Assembly: GCA_977020255.1 (NCBI GenBank)
Contig: CDROCS010002432.1
Location: forward strand, 124,001-188,000
Direction of reading: 5' to 3'
From: Obrimoposthia wandeli
Taxonomy: Eukaryota
DNA: 64,000 nt
Shown here: positions 1-8,833 of the stretch, piece by piece
Layout: each line of letters opens with the position of its first letter
Numbering within the stretch: position 1 is the first letter of the stretch
Notes under the pieces: generated by a model
What the model was told of the DNA's origin: nothing
Database searches by the model: none
What the model saw: only the letters and a program-made list of their open reading frames with translations
Made by a program: the position numbers and the translations under genes

Positions 1-1
1 A

Positions 2-298
2 CAGCAAGATAGAGCAACGGGTATCCGTTTCAGCCTACAAGATTACCTAATACTGGTAGATGAAACAGGGCGAATACTCAGAGACGACAAACGTGGGGCG
101 ATTACTCCTGAAACCACTGCGATACTCACGAGGTTACATATCAGTAATGAAAGCTGGCTAAAACTGACGACGAATTTCGAAGGTATCTTCACAGGCGCCG
201 TGGGTAGTGCAGAGCATTTGTGTGCATTTACAGAGCATGTAGGGTTGCATCGAACACACGGTCTAACAAACGCTAAAGCTTGTTTAAATAGCGCGTAA
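2..298 (+). mobile_element. 3' end (5'-truncated by window) of a RAYT/IS200-related Y1 transposase of the Alteromonadales/Vibrio type
   Basis: Not in the ORF track. Manual translation from nt 2 is open to TAA 296-298: QQDRATGIRFSLQDYLILVDETGRILRDDKRGAITPETTAILTRLHISNESWLKLTTNFEGIFTGAVGS...NSA*. GIxFSLxDYLxLVDxTGRxxRDDKRGAI is the C-terminal motif I recognise for this family; the catalytic HUH region lies outside the window. Confidence 0.7.
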
Positions 299-410
299 CT
301 CTATTTTTAACCCAGGTTATATTTATGTTTCCTTGATGGGGGCAAGATTAATGCCGCTATAATTCAGTGGGATGAAGGAATATCGCTCAAAAATTACCAT
401 TTAGTGTCAA

Positions 411-536
411 TTATTATGGGTGGCATAGTTTCCTGTTCCAATAGGTAACTGTTCATTACTCCATCGTTATAGCTTGTATTTATTATGGGTGGCATAATTT
501 CCTGGGCATAGTTTCCTGTTTCATAGTTTCCTGTTC
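411..536 (+). repeat. Cluster of short direct repeats downstream of the transposase
   Basis: TTATTATGGGTGGCATA(G/A)TTTCCTG at 411-435 and 480-504, then GGCATAGTTTCCTGTT at 505-520 and CATAGTTTCCTGTTC at 522-536: four copies of a CATA(G/A)TTTCCTG core. Confidence 0.85.
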
Positions 537-635
537 TCAAGTAAGGTGCTAAGTATGTGAGGAATATATCAAATTGTGCTTAGGTCTTTAATTTACCTAT
601 AAATCATTTTATTACATGAGAAAGGTTGTATATTT

Positions 636-1328
636 GTGAATTTTTTTAAACATTTATTTGCTATTGTTGCGCTGATGGCAAGCCTGAACAGCGCTGCTGA
701 AACAATCACCTTGGCTGTTGAGAATAGCTGGCCACCTTTTGCTGATAAGGATGGTAATGGAATTTCCAAAGAAATCATTCAAGCAGCGTATAACTCAGTA
801 AATATGCGTGTTGAATTCATTGTTGTGCCATATGCTAGGGCATTAAGAATGGTTGAACAAGGGCAAGTGGATGGTGCCTTCAATGTGGCAAAACAAAAAA
901 GCACGTTGGAAAAGTTTCACTTTGGAGAGGTGCCTATTTTCCAAACCAGCGCCTCTTTTTACTACCACATTGACTCAGCGATGAACTTTACCTCTAACAA
1001 TGAAATACTTAAAGACACCTCTGTTGGCGTTATTATTGGCTACGAATATGGTGATAATTACGAAAAAAATAAACACCGATTTAAAGAAGTCAAAGTCGCT
1101 AATCAAGCACAACTATTTCAGCTCTTGAAAAAGAAGAGAATCGATGTGGCAATTATGTTTGATGAAGTTGTTAAAAGTAAGTTAGATAATATGCAACTCG
1201 ATTTCGATGACATCAGAAAAGGCAGTATCAACCACGAAAGCTATATTCATGTCGCCTTTAGTCGGGCAAAAGATACGGCTAAAGCTATGCGCTTACTCGA
1301 TAAAGGCTTACGTAATATTAAACAATGA
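636..1328 (+). CDS. Periplasmic substrate-binding protein (SBP family 3, polar amino-acid type), orphan
   Basis: Signal peptide; ENSWPPF, VPYARAL..V..GQVDG and RID.AI motifs typical of orphan family-3 SBPs. Confidence 0.85.
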   Translation: MNFFKHLFAIVALMASLNSAAETITLAVENSWPPFADKDGNGISKEIIQAAYNSVNMRVEFIVVPYARALRMVEQGQVDGAFNVAKQKSTLEKFHFGEVPIFQTSASFYYHIDSAMNFTSNNEILKDTSVGVIIGYEYGDNYEKNKHRFKEVKVANQAQLFQLLKKKRIDVAIMFDEVVKSKLDNMQLDFDDIRKGSINHESYIHVAFSRAKDTAKAMRLLDKGLRNIKQ

Positions 1329-1364
1329 ACCTTAAGTTTAGTGATGTTTTTCTTGTTTGAGCTA

Positions 1365-1413
1365 ATGTAATTGATTTTCTGCTCTGATTAAATTGTGTGG
1401 CATAATAGGTTTT
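1365..1413 (-). pseudogene. ~50-bp degenerate copy of the 3' part of the neighbouring phosphotransferase gene
   Basis: 1365-1399 ATGTAATTGATTTTCTGCTCTGATTAAATTGTGTG matches 1817-1851 at 34/35 nt. The minus strand reads HNLIRAENQLH versus HNLVRAENQLH in the intact gene. Confidence 0.8.
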
Positions 1414-1694
1414 ATTTAATGTGGGTGTCTTTTTTAGTTTAGTTATTGTTCAATTACTTTAGATTTTACAGTGACTAACGTTGATATTTTATTTTTGAAT
1501 GTGGCACATGTATTCGACGAAGAAATAGAAGAGCCTTCAAATTACATGTAAAATTTTGTCGATTAAAATGGCTTGAATAATTGGTATCATGGCAATGAAA
1601 ATTACTATCGATGGATTGCTAAAAAGTTTGTATACGAGGTGTTGATACCGGTTATACAACCTCAAGATGAATTGTAAAAGTATTAAGATATTCT

Positions 1695-1730
1695 AGCTTG
1701 GTACCTATCATTACAGGAAAATACCAAGCT
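1695..1730. terminator. Inverted repeat just past the phosphotransferase stop (possible terminator)
   Basis: AGCTTGGTA (1695-1703) ... TACCAAGCT (1722-1730); long loop and no clear U-tract. Confidence 0.4.
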
Positions 1731-1750
1731 CACTTAAAAGTTATAAATTT

Positions 1751-2839
1751 TTATTCTGGCGTTGATAACACTATGTCGGCCAATAAACTGTCTTGCTGGC
1801 AAAGCAACTTATACAGATGTAATTGATTTTCTGCTCTGACTAAATTGTGTGTAGCGTAGTCGGTTTTAAAGTATTTATCGCCGTTTAAAAAGTCAGTTAA
1901 AAATCGAATGGCTAGCATATAAGGCATTAATTTTACGCCTAGCAATAAACTTTTTTGTTCGGCTCTTGTTAAGCTGCCATTAAAACCCGCAATATAGCCA
2001 CGACTTAGTGCTGCTATTAAATCAATGTTGATCACCATATCATTTAATTCGGCGCTATCTTCAGCTATTGAAGCGCAACAACTTCGTACCATATCACCAA
2101 AGTCGTGCATCAAGTAACCCGCCATACAGGTGTCTAAATCGATAACGGCAATGGGTTTATTGGTTTTCTTGCTGAAAAGTAAGTTGTTAATTTTAGTGTC
2201 GTTGTGTGTTACACGCAAAGGGAGTTCTTTGGTGATCTTTATTACATGATCAATAAAATTTTGTTGAGATTGTATAAAGTCGATATTACTGTGGGCTTGC
2301 CTGATGCGCTCATTTGAGCTGTTTTCAATCGCTAAACTCAGTTGTTCTACTCGACTAGATAAAGAATGAAAGTTAGGGATGATTTCAGCCAGTTGTTTAC
2401 TGTCAAAATCACTCAATGCTAGCGAAAATTGTGCAAAGGCGTTGGCGACGTCGTTGGCCTGTTCTATGTTGTTGATAGATTCCAACGTATAGCAATGCTC
2501 GATGTAATGTAAGCTGCGCCAGTATTCTCCTGCTACTTCGACATGATTTTTACCATCTACGCTGCGCAACTGCCAAATAGGTGTTAGGGCATAGTGATGT
2601 TTTTTGTACTTGCCGGTTAAGTGTTCGCTGATCAAATCTATATTATTAGTGACATGCTCAGGCACATGAAACACTTGTTTGTTTAAGCATTGTAAAACAA
2701 AGATTTTATCATCAGTTTTAACTAAATAGGTGTTGTTAATCAGGCCATTACCGAGCGAGCTGACTTTGCAGTCAGCTAGGGAATAACCGAACTTAGGAAG
2801 TACTAAGGCGAGTGAGTGATTAGGTATAGTGTCAGTCAT
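1751..2839 (-). CDS. APH-family phosphotransferase, N-acetylhexosamine 1-kinase-like
   Basis: LGNGLINNTY, HNDTKINN (Brenner-type motif), VIDLDT, DFGDMVRS. Confidence 0.8.
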   Translation of the reverse strand: MTDTIPNHSLALVLPKFGYSLADCKVSSLGNGLINNTYLVKTDDKIFVLQCLNKQVFHVPEHVTNNIDLISEHLTGKYKKHHYALTPIWQLRSVDGKNHVEVAGEYWRSLHYIEHCYTLESINNIEQANDVANAFAQFSLALSDFDSKQLAEIIPNFHSLSSRVEQLSLAIENSSNERIRQAHSNIDFIQSQQNFIDHVIKITKELPLRVTHNDTKINNLLFSKKTNKPIAVIDLDTCMAGYLMHDFGDMVRSCCASIAEDSAELNDMVINIDLIAALSRGYIAGFNGSLTRAEQKSLLLGVKLMPYMLAIRFLTDFLNGDKYFKTDYATHNLVRAENQLHLYKLLCQQDSLLADIVLSTPE

Positions 2840-2934
2840 CTTTTATTTGTTAACCTGAATTTTGGCTCGTCGGAGCTCGATGTCGACATAAAATCAACAG
2901 CTTAAAGGAAATTGCCATAAGGTTAAAGTGCACT

Positions 2935-4302
2935 TTATTCAATATGAAGCGGTAAGGAGATAATAAAACATGCGCCAGTGATTTCTTTAATCAATAGCGC
3001 TTTTTCTTGCGCGTTTTTTATTTTGTTGGGCAATAACTCCGCTCTATTTTTAGCGTGAATCGTACCATTATGCCAATGAACAACTTTCTCTGAAATTGCT
3101 AAGCCTAAGCCAAAATGACCAAGTTCTCGAGAGCGGTCAGCATCGAGTTTTACAAAAGGAGAAAAGATACTATCGATGCTTTCCGGTGGGATGCCTTTAC
3201 CATCGTCTTCAATGCTAATATGTAAAAAATTATTCTGAGAATAAGCAGAAAGCGTCACCGTGCTTTTTGCGTATTGCACCGCATTGCTAATTAAGTTTTG
3301 AATAGCACGATAACACCAATGAAAATCAAGCGATAAACTTACGTCTTGTTTGATAAATTCAGCGCTTGCTTGGTACTTTAGTGTCACGTTATGTTGTTCG
3401 GCTAGCGACTGAAAGTCAGCATTGATGGTTTCAAGTAAATGATTGATGTTTATTAATTCACGTTTTAAATGAAAACCTTGTCGCTCCATGCCAGCATAAT
3501 CTAAAAAGGCAGTGGTCATGTCTTCCATGCGAGTTAATTCAGTTTCCATACGTGCTAGGTAGACATTTTTTTTCGTGATGTCTTTAGTGTCCATAGCGGC
3601 TTCAACACCAAATCGCAAGCATGACATAGGTGTACGTATGTCATGTGACATGCTGCGAGCAAGAATTTTATTGTCCGCGACTAACTTCTCTATTTGAGCC
3701 GCCATGCGATTAAAGCTACTTTCCAATAAGCTGATATAAGAGAAGCGACTTGCTGGCACACGTGCATTTAAATGGCCCGCGCCAATGCTAGCTGCTGTGT
3801 TAGTGAGTAAATACAAACGCCGCGTTAAAGGGAATAGCCAAATTAATAAAATAAGACAGACTCCTAGGTAGAGAATAGCGGTTAGCAAAATATTAATGTT
3901 TTGATTTTCTATTTCCACAGCAGGCAATGATAATTGAATAATGTAATCAGGGTGGCCAGATAATTTTTTTAATAAATAGGGCTGGGTTTCTGATGCTAAT
4001 AATAGACCACCTGTTTGTGTTAATTTGCTATTAAGCTCGCTAGGTAAGGCAATGTTTTCGCTCTTATCTAGCAGCAATGTCACTTGGAAAGCCTTGCTTA
4101 GTTTTTCACTCAGGGTAGCTAAGTTTTCAGCAGAGCTGGCTGAAAGTTGGCTGTTAAAACCTTCAATTAACTGTTGATAAATAGCGTATTCATCTTGTGC
4201 TTGTTCGGGCTCTTGCTTAGCAACAATTTTGTCTAAGCCCCAGGTAATGATGAATAGTGAGCCAATAACCGTCAAAATAATGCTGATGTATAAACGACGC
4301 AT
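2935..4302 (-). CDS. Sensor histidine kinase (RstB/CpxA-like; two TM segments, HAMP, HisKA, HATPase)
   Basis: H-box SHDIRTP, N-box NLISNAVQY, G1 EDDGKGI, G2 GHFGLGLAI. Confidence 0.92.
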   Translation of the reverse strand: MRRLYISIILTVIGSLFIITWGLDKIVAKQEPEQAQDEYAIYQQLIEGFNSQLSASSAENLATLSEKLSKAFQVTLLLDKSENIALPSELNSKLTQTGGLLLASETQPYLLKKLSGHPDYIIQLSLPAVEIENQNINILLTAILYLGVCLILLIWLFPLTRRLYLLTNTAASIGAGHLNARVPASRFSYISLLESSFNRMAAQIEKLVADNKILARSMSHDIRTPMSCLRFGVEAAMDTKDITKKNVYLARMETELTRMEDMTTAFLDYAGMERQGFHLKRELININHLLETINADFQSLAEQHNVTLKYQASAEFIKQDVSLSLDFHWCYRAIQNLISNAVQYAKSTVTLSAYSQNNFLHISIEDDGKGIPPESIDSIFSPFVKLDADRSRELGHFGLGLAISEKVVHWHNGTIHAKNRAELLPNKIKNAQEKALLIKEITGACFIISLPLHIE

Positions 4303-4304
4303 AG

Positions 4305-5036
4305 TTATAACGTGCTTTGTTTTTCATTAGTCCAAGCATCGGCAACAAATAGATAACCTTTGCCCCAAACCGTTTTAAACTTTCGAGGTTTTTGTGGGTC
4401 GTCATTAAATATTTTACGTAACGTTGATAGCATGACATCAAATCGACGGTCTTGTCCGTCATACTCTCTATTTTTCAATGCTTTGAATACGGTATCACGA
4501 TCAACTACTTCACCAGCATGGCGAGCTAAGAAACATAGAAAGGCGAATAAGCTTGTTGATAACTCTATTTCATTACCTTGGTAAGTGACTCGATTAGCTT
4601 CGATATTAATGAGCAAATCACCGTGTTGTATATCAGAAGAAACTTCAGCTGTCGGGGTGTTTTGTTTCAATGCACCTGAGATGCGAGCTAATAAAGCACG
4701 TGGGCGTACTGGCTTGATAACATAATCGTTCGCACCAGCTTCAAGGCCAATAACTTCATCAAATTCATCGGCGCGTGCTGTTAGCATAATTATGGGTGTT
4801 TGCATTTTTTGTCGAATTTGGCGACAAACTTCAATACCATTTAAACCTGGTAACATCACATCAAGTAAAACTAAATCAGCTTGAAACTTTTCTAAGCACG
4901 CCATGACTTTATCGCCGCGGGTGCAGTGCATAACGCTAAAACCTTGTTCGGTCAAGTATTCACTTACCCAATCGCCTAACGTAAGGTCGTCTTCAACTAA
5001 TAATATTTTTGGGGAATTGGTCATCATTTTTTCCAT
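4305..5036 (-). CDS. OmpR-family response regulator (RstA-like)
   Basis: ILLVEDD, LLDVMLPG, KP, and winged-helix KTVWGKGY. Start placed at ATG 5036 (TAATG overlap with the upstream stop); 5027 is an alternative. Confidence 0.92.
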   Translation of the reverse strand: MEKMMTNSPKILLVEDDLTLGDWVSEYLTEQGFSVMHCTRGDKVMACLEKFQADLVLLDVMLPGLNGIEVCRQIRQKMQTPIIMLTARADEFDEVIGLEAGANDYVIKPVRPRALLARISGALKQNTPTAEVSSDIQHGDLLINIEANRVTYQGNEIELSTSLFAFLCFLARHAGEVVDRDTVFKALKNREYDGQDRRFDVMLSTLRKIFNDDPQKPRKFKTVWGKGYLFVADAWTNEKQSTL

Positions 5037-5449
5037 TAAAATAAACGCCAGCGGCGTTTTCTCGGTGAAGCTTCGTGTACCCAACTCACCTCGATAAGTG
5101 CGTGGGCTATCACCTGTTCTTGATCATATGCGACCAACTTGTATTGTAAACTTTTACTTGATTCAAACTCAAACGTGGCCGTGTTTTGCTGCTGGTTATA
5201 CCAACAGTCCAACGCCTGTTTTTTGCCTTCTTGATAAATACAATAATTACCTTTAACAGGGGCTTGCCATCGTAATGTTACGGATGCAAAACATTGTCGT
5301 CCTTGTGTTAATGTAACGCATTTTGCTGGCATAGCTGACAGATTGGTACTTAACGTGATTGTCGCTGGTTGCTGCTGTGCTGACGCTGTAAAAGTGCCGT
5401 ACAAACCATAAGTTAATAAGACAACTCCTATGTCCCATTTAGAAAACAT
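5036..5449 (-). CDS. DUF3019-family secreted protein
   Basis: Signal peptide; P.KCVTL.QGRQC, CIY, CW motifs; sits between mipA-like gene and response regulator. Confidence 0.75.
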   Translation of the reverse strand: MFSKWDIGVVLLTYGLYGTFTASAQQQPATITLSTNLSAMPAKCVTLTQGRQCFASVTLRWQAPVKGNYCIYQEGKKQALDCWYNQQQNTATFEFESSKSLQYKLVAYDQEQVIAHALIEVSWVHEASPRKRRWRLF

Positions 5450-6302
5450 AGATCACCCCCAGCATAACTTGCGTGATATTTTGGGCATCAACAAGCGGAC
5501 TTTCTTCTATGCTTTTAGAATAATAGCTATGGCTTATCCCGCCTGAGAATGACCATTTTTCAGAAATCGGATGCTGAGCAAATAACTCTAACTGTACGCG
5601 GTTGCCAGAATCTGACTGATGAAAAGGGCGTGCTGCAGTGATTTCACTTGAATTAACGCCATAGTAATAATCCATCACTTTTTGGGAGTAGTGGGTGTAT
5701 CCAGCGCTTAAGTAGATATCCCAGTTTCTATAAGGCAAAACATAGCTATAAAAAACATCAATAACCCAACCATTGGCACTACTGAGTGGTGCTAAGGTTG
5801 CAACATCTACTGACAGAACGGAGTTTCGATGATACCTAGAATAACGCAGGCCAATACCATCTCCTGCTGTTCGTTCTTTAAGTCCTGCTAATGTTGGGAT
5901 ACTTTTACCCGCATTGTCGATAATATCGTCGGGAATGTATCCTGACACGTAGGTTTTACTGATAATATCGAGTTCCCAGTCAGGAGTGACTTTCAGTTGA
6001 TAGCCAAGCTCGGCACCTTGCAGTAATCCTGAAGCGCGTCGATGATTTGATTGGATGAAAAACCCCTTGTAGTAAACATCGAGTAGCAATGAAGCACCAA
6101 AATAATCAAAGGCATCTTCTTGATCTTGGCCTTTAAGTAGCGAAGGATTATAAATAAGTGACATATTCGCCATGGCTTGCCAGCTAAACGTTTCGTTGAA
6201 CACCGTTGTTTCATTTTCGGGAATTTTTTCATTGGCAACGCAAAAAAAACTACTGGCGGATAAAAGGATGAAAATTAGCGATAGCAGGTATTTATTCTGC
6301 AT
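5439..6302 (-). CDS. MipA/OmpV-family outer-membrane protein
   Basis: Signal peptide, alternating beta-strand pattern, DYYYGV motif, C-terminal YVF. Confidence 0.85.
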   Translation of the reverse strand: MQNKYLLSLIFILLSASSFFCVANEKIPENETTVFNETFSWQAMANMSLIYNPSLLKGQDQEDAFDYFGASLLLDVYYKGFFIQSNHRRASGLLQGAELGYQLKVTPDWELDIISKTYVSGYIPDDIIDNAGKSIPTLAGLKERTAGDGIGLRYSRYHRNSVLSVDVATLAPLSSANGWVIDVFYSYVLPYRNWDIYLSAGYTHYSQKVMDYYYGVNSSEITAARPFHQSDSGNRVQLELFAQHPISEKWSFSGGISHSYYSKSIEESPLVDAQNITQVMLGVIYVF

Positions 6303-6428
6303 GATTAGACCTTATCAATATTGTTTCATGTGCCATTTCGAATGCCGTATTGACTGTCGTACTGAGTATCATCTTGAGTGTCGTCATAGGTAAATTCTGA
6401 GTTTTATTGTTATTATTTTGAACCTGTA

Positions 6429-6442
6429 TGTTAACAAATGTA
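6429..6442 (-). promoter_or_regulatory. Possible RstA-box-like site upstream of the mipA operon
   Basis: Minus strand TACATTTGTTAACA versus E. coli RstA box TACATNTNGTTACA (12/14). Confidence 0.35.
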
Positions 6443-6535
6443 AAGCTGCTGCGTGATAGCTAAGCACAGATAAATTGTTTAAAAAATGTAAGTAATAATA
6501 CCTTGCTAGCTTATATTCACTTGCCTCGTTCATAC

Positions 6536-7366
6536 TTAATGGCTATGTTTTCGGGCTAAACGCTTTAAATTATTGATTGCTGCTGATGATGTTGAATAAG
6601 CTAAAACAATTTCCCGAGTCAATTGTAAGCCGGTTATTGGCCTAAAGACTACTTCGCTTTGTTTAATGATCTCGCTATGAGCCGGTAAAAAGGCACAACC
6701 TAAACCAGCATGCACTAGCCCAATAGCATAGTCGATGGTGGTTATTTTTGCTCGCACATCTAGGCTAATGCCTGCTAGTGCTAATGTATCTTGTAAATTA
6801 TTCCATGCACTGCAAGGCGTTCGCTGAATAAAAGGTAAGCCATCCAATTGCTTCAAGCTGACGGTATCGTTTAGTGCAAGTATATGGTCATAGGGCAAAG
6901 CCAGTAAGTAGTCTTCGTGCCATAGGTCAATATACTGCTCGTTTTCGGCTAATTCATCTTTCAAAATAATACGGGCATCAACATTTTCGGTATGCGGCAC
7001 TAAAGTGAGTTCAACAAAAGGTTTTGCTGAGGTAAAGTCTTTGAGTAATAAACTCATACGCTCAACGCCTAAACCACGGGTAACGCCCAAGTTAAATGGC
7101 TGTTTATTGGTTTTTTCGGCAAAAACCGTTTTAATAGCACCGGCTTGTCCTAATAATTTTTTGGCTAACGGAAAAAGTTTTTGGCCTTGCTCGGATGGCG
7201 TTACGCCACGAGCATGGCGAATGAAAAGCTGAACATTAAGTTGTCGCTCTAATTGTGCTATTGCTGCCGATATTGAAGGTTGCGCGATATAGCAGGCTTT
7301 TGCGGCGGCACTAAAGCTTTTTAATTCATAAACCGAAATAAAATAATTGAGTGATTTTAAGTCCAT
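6536..7366 (-). CDS. LysR-family regulator divergent from gcdH (GcdR-like)
   Basis: N-terminal HTH (SFSAAAKACYIAQPSISAAIAQLE) plus LysR substrate domain; divergent arrangement as for P. aeruginosa gcdR-gcdH. Confidence 0.9.
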   Translation of the reverse strand: MDLKSLNYFISVYELKSFSAAAKACYIAQPSISAAIAQLERQLNVQLFIRHARGVTPSEQGQKLFPLAKKLLGQAGAIKTVFAEKTNKQPFNLGVTRGLGVERMSLLLKDFTSAKPFVELTLVPHTENVDARIILKDELAENEQYIDLWHEDYLLALPYDHILALNDTVSLKQLDGLPFIQRTPCSAWNNLQDTLALAGISLDVRAKITTIDYAIGLVHAGLGCAFLPAHSEIIKQSEVVFRPITGLQLTREIVLAYSTSSAAINNLKRLARKHSH

Positions 7367-7387
7367 GTTGTTCTTTTTTTCTTATGT

Positions 7388-7402
7388 ATAGGAAAAAACT
7401 AT
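7388..7402. promoter_or_regulatory. LysR recognition site (T-N11-A palindrome)
   Basis: ATAG-GAAAAAA-CTAT in the lysR/gcdH divergent spacer. Confidence 0.6.
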
Positions 7403-7494
7403 AGCAGATAACAAAAAATAATATTTTAACTTTGGCTTAGTATTGCTTATTATTTTTGCACTTTAATTGTATTCACACTCATACAGGTAACTTC

Positions 7495-8688
7495 ATGTCT
7501 AATTCAAACAGTGCAAACCGTCCATCGTTTAAATGGCAAGACCCACTTTTACTCGAATCATTATTGTCTGAAGAAGAGCGAATGATCCGTGACAGTGCTC
7601 ATCAGTATTGCCAAGAAAAGCTCATGCCACGTGTGTTAGAGGCAAATCGTAATGAAGTATTTGATGTTGCAATTATGCGCGAATTAGGTGAATTAGGCCT
7701 GCTAGGTGCCACGTTACCGGAAAAATACGGCTGTGCTGGCGTAAATTATGTCACCTATGGCTTAATTGCCCGCGAAGTTGAACGTGTCGATAGTGGCTAC
7801 CGTAGTGCGATGAGTGTGCAATCGTCATTAGTGATGCACCCAATATATGCTTACGGCAGTGAAGATCAGCGCATGAAGTATTTACCTAAGTTAGCAACCG
7901 GTGAATACATTGGTTGTTTTGGTTTAACTGAGCCTAATTCAGGTTCAGATCCCGCCAGTTTACTCACCCGTGCGACGCCTGTTGATGGCGGCTACCGTAT
8001 TACCGGTAATAAAATGTGGATCACCAATTCACCTGTTGCCGATATTTTTGTCGTTTGGGCCAAGCTTGACGGTGTTATTCGTGGCTTTATCTTAGAAAAA
8101 GGCATGGAAGGTTTAAGTGCACCAAAAATTGAAGGTAAGTTTTCCTTACGCGCATCGATCACCGGTGAAATTGTTATGGACAATGTTTTTGTGCCTAGCG
8201 ATAACATGCTGCCTAATGTTAAAGGGCTATCAGGGCCATTTGGTTGTTTAAATAAAGCACGTTACGGTATTGCTTGGGGCGCATTAGGTGCTGCTGAGTT
8301 TTGTTGGCATGGCGCACGTCAATATACCCTCGACCGCGAACAATTTGGTCGCCCTTTAGCCGCTACGCAGTTGGTACAGAAAAAGTTGGCTGATATGCAA
8401 ACAGATATCAGTGTCGGCCTATTAGCTTGTTTACAAGTTGGCCGCTTAATGGACACAGATCAATTAGCACCAGAAGCTATTTCGCTCATCAAACGTAATT
8501 CATGTGGTAAAGCACTAGAAATTGCACGCATTGCCCGTGATATGCATGGCGGTAACGGCATTGCTGATGAGTTCCATGTGATTCGCCACATGATGAATCT
8601 TGAGGCGGTGAATACCTATGAAGGCACCCATGATATTCATGCCTTAATTCTCGGTAGAGCACAAACTGGCTTACAAGCTTTTTTCTAA
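7495..8688 (+). CDS. gcdH: Glutaryl-CoA dehydrogenase
   Basis: [58 protein letters not shown] are GCDH-specific. ATG 7495 preferred over 7456. Confidence 0.93.
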   Translation: MSNSNSANRPSFKWQDPLLLESLLSEEERMIRDSAHQYCQEKLMPRVLEANRNEVFDVAIMRELGELGLLGATLPEKYGCAGVNYVTYGLIAREVERVDSGYRSAMSVQSSLVMHPIYAYGSEDQRMKYLPKLATGEYIGCFGLTEPNSGSDPASLLTRATPVDGGYRITGNKMWITNSPVADIFVVWAKLDGVIRGFILEKGMEGLSAPKIEGKFSLRASITGEIVMDNVFVPSDNMLPNVKGLSGPFGCLNKARYGIAWGALGAAEFCWHGARQYTLDREQFGRPLAATQLVQKKLADMQTDISVGLLACLQVGRLMDTDQLAPEAISLIKRNSCGKALEIARIARDMHGGNGIADEFHVIRHMMNLEAVNTYEGTHDIHALILGRAQTGLQAFF

Positions 8689-8702
8689 AATCAGTAACCA
8701 AT

Positions 8703-8729
8703 AAAGGCGTAGTTAATACGCCTTTTGTT
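8703..8729 (+). terminator. Intrinsic terminator-like hairpin between gcdH and the E1 gene
   Basis: AAAGGCGTA-GTTAA-TACGCCTTT followed by TGTTT. Confidence 0.6.
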
Positions 8730-8833
8730 TATCTGGCATTTGCGTTTATCTGCCGTCATGTACGGTACTGAAAATAGCTTTACAACGTTAATGTTACACC
8801 GCAGTAATAATAAAAATGTTCCGTGGAGATATC

